64,000 nt of DNA, taken from IMG/VR virus record IMGVR_UViG_3300028864_000014, positions 62,001 to 126,000 of that record. One strand, given 5' to 3'. The translations under genes were made by a program, and so were the position numbers. The first letter of the stretch is position 1; each line of letters begins with the position of its first letter. Positions 30,520-39,640 of this stretch are shown here, piece by piece. The notes beneath the pieces were generated by a model. It was given only the letters and a program-made list of their open reading frames with translations, was not told the origin of the DNA and searched no databases.

Positions 30520-31085
30520 TAACAATCGACAGTAATTTTATTAATCGTGCGATCATTAAATGGAGTCCTATTATTAATACTTTAAATATCGATAAAAGAT
30601 TTGAAGAACCTATTTCTATTTTTTCTGAATTGTGCTCATTTAATCACAATAATTTACATATATCAAATAGTATTTATGATGATAATATTTTACCGATTTC
30701 AATAAGAACGTTATCAAAATTAAAATTAGAAAATGTCAAATTAGTTATAGGCACAAAAAATTATTATGAATTTAATACATATCAAATAAAAATTAAATTT
30801 TCTATTAATCAAGAAGAAGAATTTAAAATGATATCTGGAACAGATGTTATTACCATGTTATCATCATCATTTGTAGAAGAAATTTCCACCAATATTAATG
30901 ATAAAATAGAAAAAGAAAAACTTAACATTCTTATAATAGATAGTAATTTTATTAGTAATATTGAAAGATTTCCAGAGTGTGTTTTATTGTCATATAGATT
31001 TATATTAACCAGCATAAAAAAAGAAAGATGTGATAAGATAAATAAGATAAATAAGATAAATAAATATAAGCCTGGTGACTTATAA
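30516..31085 (+). CDS. hypothetical protein whose N-terminus resembles that of T4-like major capsid proteins
   Basis: IIKWSPIINTL versus T4 gp23 LNKWKPLLEG; loose RxxK-type tail ERCDKINKINKINK. Confidence 0.5.
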   Translation: MITIDSNFINRAIIKWSPIINTLNIDKRFEEPISIFSELCSFNHNNLHISNSIYDDNILPISIRTLSKLKLENVKLVIGTKNYYEFNTYQIKIKFSINQEEEFKMISGTDVITMLSSSFVEEISTNINDKIEKEKLNILIIDSNFISNIERFPECVLLSYRFILTSIKKERCDKINKINKINKYKPGDL

Positions 31086-31141
31086 ATTATATTATAAGCC
31101 TTATGACTTATAAATTATGTTTATAAGCCTTATGACTTATA
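31037..31141. repeat. 9-bp tandem repeat x3 followed by three ~29-bp dyad-symmetric direct repeats
   Basis: GATAAATAA x3 (31037-31063); TATAAG-CCT(GG/TA)TGA-CTTATA cores at 31065, 31093 and 31122. Confidence 0.9.
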
Positions 31142-31146
31142 TTTTA

Positions 31147-31407
31147 TTAATATATTTTCCAATTTTTGCTATTAACTTCATCTCTTTTTTTAGGATAATA
31201 TAAATTGCAGCAGCCATCAGAACTAACTTTGGATTTAACTTTTACATTTTTACAATAGTCATGCTCATAAAAAGAGCACTCATTACAACGAAATTTACTT
31301 TTCATTAATTCCATATATGATACATCTGGAGATTTCAGACGTTTTATGTTTTCATTATCATAATTTTCATTATCATAATTTTCAAATACTATAATATTAT
31401 TCATCAT
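31147..31407 (-). CDS. CTS-like small Cys-rich protein, HiPIP-like
   Basis: SY...RCNECSFY...CKNV...VSSDGCCNLY has HiPIP-like Cys spacing; N-terminal IIVFEN. Confidence 0.5.
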   Translation of the reverse strand: MMNNIIVFENYDNENYDNENIKRLKSPDVSYMELMKSKFRCNECSFYEHDYCKNVKVKSKVSSDGCCNLYYPKKRDEVNSKNWKIY

Positions 31408-31596
31408 TATTATTACTCAGTTATTTTTTATAACTGTATATATTAATTATAAAAACCTTGTTTTTAGCTTAATTTTTAAGTATTTAATGATTTTCACTGA
31501 TTAATATATACATATCATAAAATATAAAATATGTATTTTTTATTTTGTTTATAATCAGATAGTTAAATATATTATTGAAATATTATTATAATAAGT

Positions 31597-31627
31597 TTTG
31601 ATATTAGGAAAAAATGTTGTAAATTTG
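31597..31627 (+). promoter_or_regulatory. Bacteroidota sigmaA-type promoter (-33 TTTG / -7 TAAATTTG)
   Basis: TTTG at 31597-31600 and TAAATTTG at 31620-31627 (19 nt spacing), upstream of clpS. Confidence 0.75.
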
Positions 31628-31693
31628 CATTATCAATTACAATAAATAATTAAATGAAACTTTACAATAAAGTTTATATACATATAATAAGTT

Positions 31694-31987
31694 ATGGAGA
31701 AAACAAAAACAAAATCATTAGATGAAATTTTATCAGAAAATGGAATTTCTACTAATACTGAAGAAGAATTTAAATTGATATTATGGAATGATGATGTAAA
31801 TTCATTTGAATGGGTTATCACATGCTTAATGGCTTATTTAAAATTTCCACCTAAAAAAGCAGAAGCATCAGCCTATAATGTACATCTTATTGGTAAAGAT
31901 GTTATTAAAACTGGTTCAAGAGAAACATTAGAGCCTTATAAAAAATTATTAGAAGAGAGAGGATTATCTCTCACAATAGAACAATAG
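31694..31987 (+). CDS. clpS: ATP-dependent Clp protease adaptor ClpS
   Basis: KLILWNDDVNSFEWVITCL...AYNVHLIGK; the WNDD form is typical of Bacteroidota ClpS as I recall it. Confidence 0.9.
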   Translation: MEKTKTKSLDEILSENGISTNTEEEFKLILWNDDVNSFEWVITCLMAYLKFPPKKAEASAYNVHLIGKDVIKTGSRETLEPYKKLLEERGLSLTIEQ

Positions 31988-31988
31988 A

Positions 31989-32267
31989 ATGAAAAAATTT
32001 ACAATAGATTATATATTATATATTTATAAAACTTTTATATTAAAAAATAAAAGCGGAGATATTTATAAAAAATGGGCGAAATCATTAATGAGATTATTAG
32101 AATATACATACGATTTGTATATTTGGATTTTTGCCTTGATGTTATTTTTACCAGTTTTATTAATTTCTGTTACAATTGGTAAAAAAATAAAAATGAAAAA
32201 ATTTCAATTAATGAAAGCGTTCATTAAATACACTAACGATTACAATAACAATAATAAAATTAATTAA
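31989..32267 (+). CDS. small membrane protein
   Basis: Hydrophobic segment LYIWIFALMLFLPVLLISVTI. Confidence 0.6.
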   Translation: MKKFTIDYILYIYKTFILKNKSGDIYKKWAKSLMRLLEYTYDLYIWIFALMLFLPVLLISVTIGKKIKMKKFQLMKAFIKYTNDYNNNNKIN

Positions 32268-32276
32268 TTAAAGCCT

Positions 32277-34811
32277 ATGAATTACTCAAAAGAAGTAGAA
32301 GAAGTCATTAAAAAAAGTAAGGACATTGCTATTAAGATTAAGTCTAAATCAATCAGACCTGAACATTTATTTCTATCAATGATAGATGATGAATATTCTG
32401 ATGCATCTCAAATTATGAGGGATCTTAATCTAAATATTGATGCCATTAAGAAAACAATATCTGAGTGGTCTTCTGTGATGCAAGAACAAATTGGAGTAAA
32501 TTCACTCAGAAAAAATGCTTCAATTCCACTGGAATTAGAAACTGAAAAAATTCTAAAAGATTCTGTTGTTTTTGCGAAATCAATGGATTCAGATGAAGTT
32601 TGTATTGAACATGTTTTTTATTCAATATTGGATAATAGCAATAATCTTGTTTCAGAGTTATTTAATAAATCACCTGAAATTTTAAGAAGTTTGAAAAATA
32701 GATTGAAGAATGAAGAAGAAGAACTTAATATTAATGATGAATTAGAAAATGTTAATAATATGGACGAAGAACAAGAAGAAGTAACAGGAAGTTCAAAAAG
32801 TAAGTCAAAAACTAAATTGATTGATCAATTTGGTACAAATCTTACAAATCTCGCAAAAGAAGGAAAACTTGATCCAGTAGTTGGACGTGCAGATGAAATT
32901 AAAAGAATTACACAAATTTTATCCAGACGTAAGAAAAACAATCCTGTATTAGTTGGAGAACCTGGTGTAGGTAAATCAGCAATTGTTGAAGGATTAGCTC
33001 AATTAATCGTAGATGGACTTGTTCCTGAAAATTTACAAAACAAGAAAGTTATCACTCTTGATATGGGTTCATTAGTAGCAGGAACTAAATATCGTGGTGA
33101 ATTTGAGCAACGATTAAGAGGTATTGTAAAAGAGATGGAAGAAAATCCTGATATCATTCTATTTATAGATGAAATTCACACTATTATTGGAGCTGGAGGT
33201 GCTCAAGGATCACTTGATGCTTCTAATATGTTGAAACCAGGATTGGCAAGAGGAACATTCAGATGTATTGGTGCTACTACTCTTGAAGAATATCGTAAAT
33301 ATATTGAAAAAGATGCAGCATTAGAACGTAGATTTCAGAAAGTTGTTGTAGAAGCAACTAGCAAATCAGAAACATTAGAAATTCTTAAGAATATCAAAAA
33401 ACAATATGAAGATCATCACAAAGTTACTTATACTGATGATGCATTAGAAGCTTGTGTCAATTTATCTGACAAATATATATCAGAAAAATTCTTTCCTGAT
33501 AAAGCAATTGATGTTCTAGATGAGGCTGGTGCTATGGTTCATGTGAATGGTACAAGTGCTATTCCTGAAAAAATTGTTGAGCTTAGTAAGAAAATAAAAA
33601 TATCTATAGTAGAAAAACTTGATTGTATTTCTTCACAAAAATATGAACTTGCTGCTGATCATAGAGATAATGAAAAACAATGGAAAGCTGAACTTGAAAG
33701 TGAAAGAGAAGTATGGAGTCAAGAGCACTCAGATAATCGTGCAATGGTAACAGAAAAAGATATTGCTGAGGTTGTCGCTCTTATGACAAAAATTCCAGTA
33801 GATAATGTTTCTATTGATGAAAACAATAAGCTTAAATTTATGGCTGATAAAGTAAAAACTATTGTAATTGGACAAAACGAAGCTGTTGATAAGATAGTTC
33901 AATCAGTCAAGAGATCAAGAGTTGGAATTAATAGTCATGATAAGCCAGTTGGATCATTTATTTTCTCTGGTCCTACAGGAGTAGGTAAAACCTATCTTGC
34001 AAAAATTATGGCAAAAGAATTATTTGGTTCTGAAGATGCGATGATTAGAATTGATATGAGTGAATTTATGGAAAAATTCTCCGTATCTAGATTAGTAGGA
34101 GCACCTCCAGGTTATGTTGGATATGAAGATGGAGGTAAATTAACTGAAGCAGTAAGACGTAAGCCTTATTCTATTATTCTTCTTGATGAAATAGAAAAAG
34201 CTCATCCTGATGTTCAAAATATTCTACTTCAAGTATTGGATGATGGGGTATTAACTGATAGTAATGGCCGTAAAGTGGATTTTAAAAATACTATCATTGT
34301 TATGACAACAAATGCAGGTTCAAGAAAATTGAAAGATTTTGGAACTGGTATTGGATTTGGACTTTCTAAAAACAATCAAGATTCTAAAAATTCTGTTCTT
34401 AAAAAAGAATTAGAAAAAGTGTTTAGTCCAGAATTTTTAAATCGTGTTGATGAAGTTATAAATTTCAATTCATTAAGTAAAGAAAATATTTGTGGTATTA
34501 TTGATGTTGAATGTAAATCATTAATCTCAAATCTTAAAGAAAAAGGATATGATGTAATTATATCTCAATCACTTAAAGATTATTTATTTGAAAATGGTTA
34601 TGATGAAAACTATGGTGCAAGACCATTGAAGAGAGCTATTCAGAGTAATATTGAAGATAAACTTACTGATGCGATTATTGATCAAGAAATCTCAGTTGGT
34701 GATACATTATCATTAATATACGACAAAGATAGTTCATCTGTAAAAATTTCAAAATTATCATCTAAAGAAATTAAAAGTGGTAATATTTTAACTGAAAATA
34801 CCACAGTTTAA
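32277..34811 (+). CDS. clpC: ClpC-type AAA+ chaperone/protease ATPase
   Basis: Clp-N repeats (PEHL, IEHV); Walker A GEPGVGKS and GPTGVGKT; FIDEIH; UVR-like [10 protein letters not shown]; GAPPGYVGY; [10 protein letters not shown]. Confidence 0.95.
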   Translation: MNYSKEVEEVIKKSKDIAIKIKSKSIRPEHLFLSMIDDEYSDASQIMRDLNLNIDAIKKTISEWSSVMQEQIGVNSLRKNASIPLELETEKILKDSVVFAKSMDSDEVCIEHVFYSILDNSNNLVSELFNKSPEILRSLKNRLKNEEEELNINDELENVNNMDEEQEEVTGSSKSKSKTKLIDQFGTNLTNLAKEGKLDPVVGRADEIKRITQILSRRKKNNPVLVGEPGVGKSAIVEGLAQLIVDGLVPENLQNKKVITLDMGSLVAGTKYRGEFEQRLRGIVKEMEENPDIILFIDEIHTIIGAGGAQGSLDASNMLKPGLARGTFRCIGATTLEEYRKYIEKDAALERRFQKVVVEATSKSETLEILKNIKKQYEDHHKVTYTDDALEACVNLSDKYISEKFFPDKAIDVLDEAGAMVHVNGTSAIPEKIVELSKKIKISIVEKLDCISSQKYELAADHRDNEKQWKAELESEREVWSQEHSDNRAMVTEKDIAEVVALMTKIPVDNVSIDENNKLKFMADKVKTIVIGQNEAVDKIVQSVKRSRVGINSHDKPVGSFIFSGPTGVGKTYLAKIMAKELFGSEDAMIRIDMSEFMEKFSVSRLVGAPPGYVGYEDGGKLTEAVRRKPYSIILLDEIEKAHPDVQNILLQVLDDGVLTDSNGRKVDFKNTIIVMTTNAGSRKLKDFGTGIGFGLSKNNQDSKNSVLKKELEKVFSPEFLNRVDEVINFNSLSKENICGIIDVECKSLISNLKEKGYDVIISQSLKDYLFENGYDENYGARPLKRAIQSNIEDKLTDAIIDQEISVGDTLSLIYDKDSSSVKISKLSSKEIKSGNILTENTTV

Positions 34812-34813
34812 TA

Positions 34814-35137
34814 ATGTCTAAATGGAAAGATTTAAATATAAATGATGAAATATTCTATGTTATCTTAAATAAAGATAACATAGAATCTTTTCTTAATAGT
34901 GAAATGAAAATAAAGGAGCTTAATATACTCAATATTACTAACAACAATGAAATTGTTATATTTGATACTGATATATTTGGTGATATTGAATTAACAATTC
35001 ATGAGTATAATTATGATAGCTATATTACTTCATATTTAGAAGAATCACTTATCATTTTATCCATAAATCACACTGGAATAATAAATGAATTAACAAAAAT
35101 ATTAGCAGAATTAAGAAAAAATAATTTTTATTCTTAA
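34814..35137 (+). CDS. hypothetical protein
   Basis: 107 aa ORF. Confidence 0.6.
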   Translation: MSKWKDLNINDEIFYVILNKDNIESFLNSEMKIKELNILNITNNNEIVIFDTDIFGDIELTIHEYNYDSYITSYLEESLIILSINHTGIINELTKILAELRKNNFYS

Positions 35138-35138
35138 T

Positions 35139-35170
35139 AAAAAACCTCTGATTTTTCAGAGGCTTTTTTT
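35139..35170 (+). terminator. intrinsic terminator
   Basis: CCTCTGA-TTTT-TCAGAGG followed by a T-run. Confidence 0.8.
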
Positions 35171-35188
35171 ATTAAAATTGAATTGATA

Positions 35189-35203
35189 TTTTTTTATATA
35201 TAA
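35189..35203 (+). promoter_or_regulatory. candidate phage late promoter
   Basis: TTTTTTTATATATAA upstream of 35248. Confidence 0.5.
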
Positions 35204-35247
35204 TGTTTAAAATTTGTTAAATAATTAGTATAAAAAATATCAAAAAT

Positions 35248-36351
35248 ATGTCAGATAAACATTATAAAATATATTTCCAGAGAAATTTTAAAACTTGTAA
35301 AAGATATAATGATTTTTACAATACATTACTAGACTTAGATATAAAAAATTTATTTGAAGTTCTACACAAATTAAGATTACCAAATGGTTTTTATAAAGCA
35401 TCAGTATCGACTGATTATAGTTATAGTTGGTTAAGAGATAATTTTTTTTGCTCATTTCCAGAATTATGGAATGATACAGAAAAATATATTCAAACATACC
35501 AAACATGGTTAGATTATTACAAAAATATAGAAGATCAGTATGGAAAATTTTCATCTTTGATTAAAAAAAAGAAAATAGATTTTGATTGGGAATTTCCAAA
35601 TCCAAGAATAAATCCAGATTTGACAGAGATTCATTCTGGTTGGAATCACATACAAATAGATCAAATAGGCTATTTTTTGTATGGTATTTCAATAGGAGAA
35701 AATAATGGATTGAGAATAATTAGGAATGAATCTGATATTAATATTATATCAAAAGTTATTCAATTACTAGATGCCATTGACTATCAAACTGTACCTGAAT
35801 CAGGTGCTTGGGAAGAAGGTAAAGAAGCTCCTAGAGCATCCACAATAGGAGTAATAGTTTCTGGCTTAAAATCAATTAAAATGTGTGATAATATTGATGT
35901 AGAAATTCCTGAGCATTTAATAGAAAATGGAATCAAAGCATTAAATAGTATATTACCAAATGAAACTCCTACCAGAAAATATGACTTAGCACAATTATTT
36001 CTTATTTATCCATTTAATTTATTGACAATTGAAATGACAAAAACAATATTAAAAAATATTGAAGATAATTTATTGGATGATAATGGAGTGTATAGATATT
36101 TAGATGATAAATATTATAATCATAATGGAGAAGCAACTTGGATATTTGGATTGAGCTATTTAGGATTAATATATTGTCAATTAGGAGATAAAGAAAAAGC
36201 AAGATATTTTTATGAAAAAATTATTAACGAATCAATTGATTATGAAATACCAGAGTTATATTATCATGGAACAAAAACTCCAAATGATAATAATCCTTTG
36301 AGTTGGAGTATTGCAATGACTATTGAATTGGCTCACATGCTCAAATCATAA
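35248..36351 (+). CDS. glycoside hydrolase family 15-like (alpha/alpha)6 protein
   Basis: YSWLRD, QIDQIG, GAWEE, GVYRY..D.Y, PELYY and PLSWS motifs. Confidence 0.8.
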   Translation: MSDKHYKIYFQRNFKTCKRYNDFYNTLLDLDIKNLFEVLHKLRLPNGFYKASVSTDYSYSWLRDNFFCSFPELWNDTEKYIQTYQTWLDYYKNIEDQYGKFSSLIKKKKIDFDWEFPNPRINPDLTEIHSGWNHIQIDQIGYFLYGISIGENNGLRIIRNESDINIISKVIQLLDAIDYQTVPESGAWEEGKEAPRASTIGVIVSGLKSIKMCDNIDVEIPEHLIENGIKALNSILPNETPTRKYDLAQLFLIYPFNLLTIEMTKTILKNIEDNLLDDNGVYRYLDDKYYNHNGEATWIFGLSYLGLIYCQLGDKEKARYFYEKIINESIDYEIPELYYHGTKTPNDNNPLSWSIAMTIELAHMLKS

Positions 36352-36422
36352 TATTATAAAAAATGCATCATTATCAATGATAATGATGCATAATATTAAT
36401 ATTTAATTTTGATACACAATTA

Positions 36423-37052
36423 TCAAACAACGTTATCATTATATCTTTCCTTATTAGAGCATTCTGGAATGACTCTTATTTTAGGTATTATAGGTATTTT
36501 TAGTTCTTTTTCTTCAGATTCTTTAATCTTAATTAATCCAAAAATTGCATAATTAATCATATCAAAATAATTTGCATCGATACCTTCCGATATTATTGTT
36601 TTTCCATCATTATCTTCAATTTGTTTAGTTCTATAAATTTTCATTAAAATCAAATCTGTATAAGATTCCATTCTCATTGATCTCCATGCCTCACCATAAT
36701 CATGATTTTTATTCATCATCAATTCCTTAGATTTCTGTATATATTTATCGTATAATTTTATTCCATCATCATATGATAAATCATCTGAATTTGAATATCC
36801 TAGTTCTAATTGAATTAACCCCATTATTCCATAATTTACAATAGCTATCAACTCAGAATTTATTCCTTCATTTATTTTTATTACCGATTTGGTTTCAATA
36901 CTTCTGATTCTATTCGCTTTTATGAATATCTGATCTGTAACAGAGGTAGGTCTTAATATTCTCCAAGCTGCACCATAATCTTTCATTTTTTTAGCGTAAA
37001 TATCAGAGCAATTGTTTATTATTTGATTAAATTGTTCATTTGTTTTATTCAT
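36423..37052 (-). CDS. DUF1599 (nucleotide-modification-associated domain 1) protein, two repeats
   Basis: KKMKDYGAAWR...DQIFIKANRI and NKNHDYGEAWR...DLILMKIYRT, each followed by NY.I.GLI. Confidence 0.85.
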   Translation of the reverse strand: MNKTNEQFNQIINNCSDIYAKKMKDYGAAWRILRPTSVTDQIFIKANRIRSIETKSVIKINEGINSELIAIVNYGIMGLIQLELGYSNSDDLSYDDGIKLYDKYIQKSKELMMNKNHDYGEAWRSMRMESYTDLILMKIYRTKQIEDNDGKTIISEGIDANYFDMINYAIFGLIKIKESEEKELKIPIIPKIRVIPECSNKERYNDNVV

Positions 37053-37662
37053 TGTTTTTTAATATTTTATTTAGTTTATCTGATCTTTTTTCCTTCACTG
37101 ATAATCTTTCATTATCATATAGAATTTTATCAAATTTGAATTTTACTTTCAATTTACTTAAACTACAGTACCCATTATTGAATTTGAAATTATTTTCAAT
37201 GTCAATAAATTGAAATTTTGTGTAACATAATGTTAATAAGTCAGATATCACAATTTTTACTGATATTTCTTTTTTGTCACTTATTAATTCCATTAATTTT
37301 TCATACGGTTGCATTCTATTGCCAATCATCTTACAATTAAAAACAAAAGTATTATCATTAATTTCACATATAGTATCAGATAATATTTTATCATCATCAT
37401 CTAATTCAAAATAAACAGAATAAGACAAATCATCTAACTCATCTTTTTTTTCACTTGATTTCCACATGGAACCATATGAGCTAACAGGTACTCCAGTATA
37501 AACACCAGGAGAACCATTATAAATAGTAGAATAATATGGATTTGTATTTGTATTTGTATATGTATCAGAACATGCACTAAAAATACCTGATGATATGTTT
37601 GATATTGAAGTAGCTGCAGATTTTGATTTACTTGATGCGTATGAACTTGTGTTTAATGACAT
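37045..37662 (-). CDS. hypothetical protein with RxxKL-type tag
   Basis: Ser-rich N-terminus; ends EKRSDKLNKILKNNE. Confidence 0.7.
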   Translation of the reverse strand: MSLNTSSYASSKSKSAATSISNISSGIFSACSDTYTNTNTNPYYSTIYNGSPGVYTGVPVSSYGSMWKSSEKKDELDDLSYSVYFELDDDDKILSDTICEINDNTFVFNCKMIGNRMQPYEKLMELISDKKEISVKIVISDLLTLCYTKFQFIDIENNFKFNNGYCSLSKLKVKFKFDKILYDNERLSVKEKRSDKLNKILKNNE

Positions 37663-37706
37663 TTTATTTTTTATTATTTTTATTATTTTTCTATTACAAA
37701 GTTTAA

Positions 37707-37720
37707 TTTTTTATATATAG
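37707..37720 (+). promoter_or_regulatory. candidate phage late promoter
   Basis: TTTTTTATATATAG 22 nt upstream of ATG 37743. Confidence 0.55.
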
Positions 37721-37742
37721 AAAAAAATATAATAACGACAAT

Positions 37743-39629
37743 ATGTCCAGTACTAAAAAAATGATAAAGATTAATCCAAATGTCTTAATGGAATGGACAT
37801 TTGATAATGAAAATAATGTAACAGAAAATTATAAAGTTATAACTAATCTTAATGAAAACAAAAAGAGAAGTTTTCTTTCTACTATAAGCAATAATAATAT
37901 AAATAATAATTTATTTTTATTAGATACTGTTCTTAGAAAATATACTACAATTAATACTGAAAAGTATAATTTTTTACAATATCAAGATTATAATACTGCT
38001 CCTATACCATATGATAATGTAAAATTATATTTACCTACAAATTATAATTTTGTTTTAAATGAATATGTTGGATTATATGTTAAAATTTATACATACGATT
38101 ATTATAATGAGAGTATGTATGAGTTAGCTAATATTTTTTTCGATTCAACAACAAAATCAACTTCAGGTATGACTTTATCTGTTCCATTTTTATATGATGG
38201 ACAAGAATGGGGTAAATATTATGAATTTCAAATACCTTCAATTGATTATGTTTCTAATCAAAGAACAACTACATTAACAGATAATTCTGTATTAAGTAAT
38301 ACAATCAATGATAATTTTACTCTTGGAATAGGATTAAGTCAAACATCTCCAATATTTGTAGATTTTAAATATTTAGTAACAAAAGAAAATGTTCTAGGTA
38401 CTACATATTATTATTCATCTGAATCTTATAATACGTCTTTTTCAAAAAGCGCAGATTATAATACATTAGCTGTTAATATTAAAGAATCTACTGAAGGTGA
38501 TTTCTTTGAAATTAATGGTACATATGGTAATTCAAATCAAAATTTAGATAATTTTATAAGAGAAATGGAAAATAAAGGTCGTAGAATGAGAATAGAATAC
38601 GATATTTATTTATTAGAAGAAAATATTCAAACTAATATGCAAACCGTTGTTGTTTCAGGAATAGGAATAAATGATGATTTTACAAAAACTATATTATATA
38701 GACCTATTTTAACTTTTTCAAATACCACTGCTGCAATAAGAGTTGTTATGAGGGTTATTGATTTGGTTGATATGAGTACCATTGAAAGAACATCAACATT
38801 AGGATTAGATAATAACATTCAAAAATACGGCAAAAAATTAATTAGTTTAAATATACAAAATTTGAATAAAATTAAAATTTATAATGCCAAACCAGATGAA
38901 ATTGTATTAGGAAATGATTATTTATCAGGAAATATAACAACAGAAATTGTTAAAGTAAATTCTCCTCAATTAATAGAAGTTGGAAAATTGATAGTTAATA
39001 GTTCTTCTAATAGTTCTTCTACTGCTTTAACAAATAATGATTATAAAACTATGGGATTATTGAATATTGTAATTACTCCATTTGATAATATTATTCAATT
39101 TAGATTAGCATCTCTTCAATCAACAAATAGTACAACAAATCAATTAGTTATATATGATTTATCTACAATCTTAAATAATTCTGAATTAGTTCTAATATTT
39201 AAATCTGATTCTGAAACTATAGAAAAATCAATATATAAAGAAGCTACAAACGATTATGTAAATGGTATAGTCAATTTTAAAATTTTAGAAAATGATTTAA
39301 CGGTATTGAAATCAATTTATAATAAAGGATTTACAAATTTTTATTTAACATTAGTTTCAAATAATCAATCATCAACTAGCTCAAGTCAAGTTATCGGATT
39401 AGATAAAGTAAGAACTTTATTATATTCTGGTACATTTACTTTATTTGAAGATATTACATTTGTTGATAATAGTGTTAATTATATATCTGATTCAAGTAGC
39501 TCTGTTCCTATATCATCAAGTATAACATCAACTGACACCACGACATCATCAGAGTCAATATGGCCTATGGCAGGAAGAACAGTTATAATTTATACTAAAT
39601 ATAAAGATACATCTTCTACATCAAATTAA
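37743..39629 (+). CDS. putative virion structural protein
   Basis: 628 aa, beta-rich composition high in N, S, T and Y; heads a late-motif operon containing Ig-domain and tube-fold genes. Confidence 0.55.
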   Translation: MSSTKKMIKINPNVLMEWTFDNENNVTENYKVITNLNENKKRSFLSTISNNNINNNLFLLDTVLRKYTTINTEKYNFLQYQDYNTAPIPYDNVKLYLPTNYNFVLNEYVGLYVKIYTYDYYNESMYELANIFFDSTTKSTSGMTLSVPFLYDGQEWGKYYEFQIPSIDYVSNQRTTTLTDNSVLSNTINDNFTLGIGLSQTSPIFVDFKYLVTKENVLGTTYYYSSESYNTSFSKSADYNTLAVNIKESTEGDFFEINGTYGNSNQNLDNFIREMENKGRRMRIEYDIYLLEENIQTNMQTVVVSGIGINDDFTKTILYRPILTFSNTTAAIRVVMRVIDLVDMSTIERTSTLGLDNNIQKYGKKLISLNIQNLNKIKIYNAKPDEIVLGNDYLSGNITTEIVKVNSPQLIEVGKLIVNSSSNSSSTALTNNDYKTMGLLNIVITPFDNIIQFRLASLQSTNSTTNQLVIYDLSTILNNSELVLIFKSDSETIEKSIYKEATNDYVNGIVNFKILENDLTVLKSIYNKGFTNFYLTLVSNNQSSTSSSQVIGLDKVRTLLYSGTFTLFEDITFVDNSVNYISDSSSSVPISSSITSTDTTTSSESIWPMAGRTVIIYTKYKDTSSTSN

Positions 39630-39640
39630 ATTAATTAATA

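Noticed and set aside
31065-31141. Mini CRISPR or TIGR-like array
   Set aside because: Only three units, the intervening 8-9 nt are nearly identical rather than unique spacers, and no Cas or Nop-domain gene is in the window.
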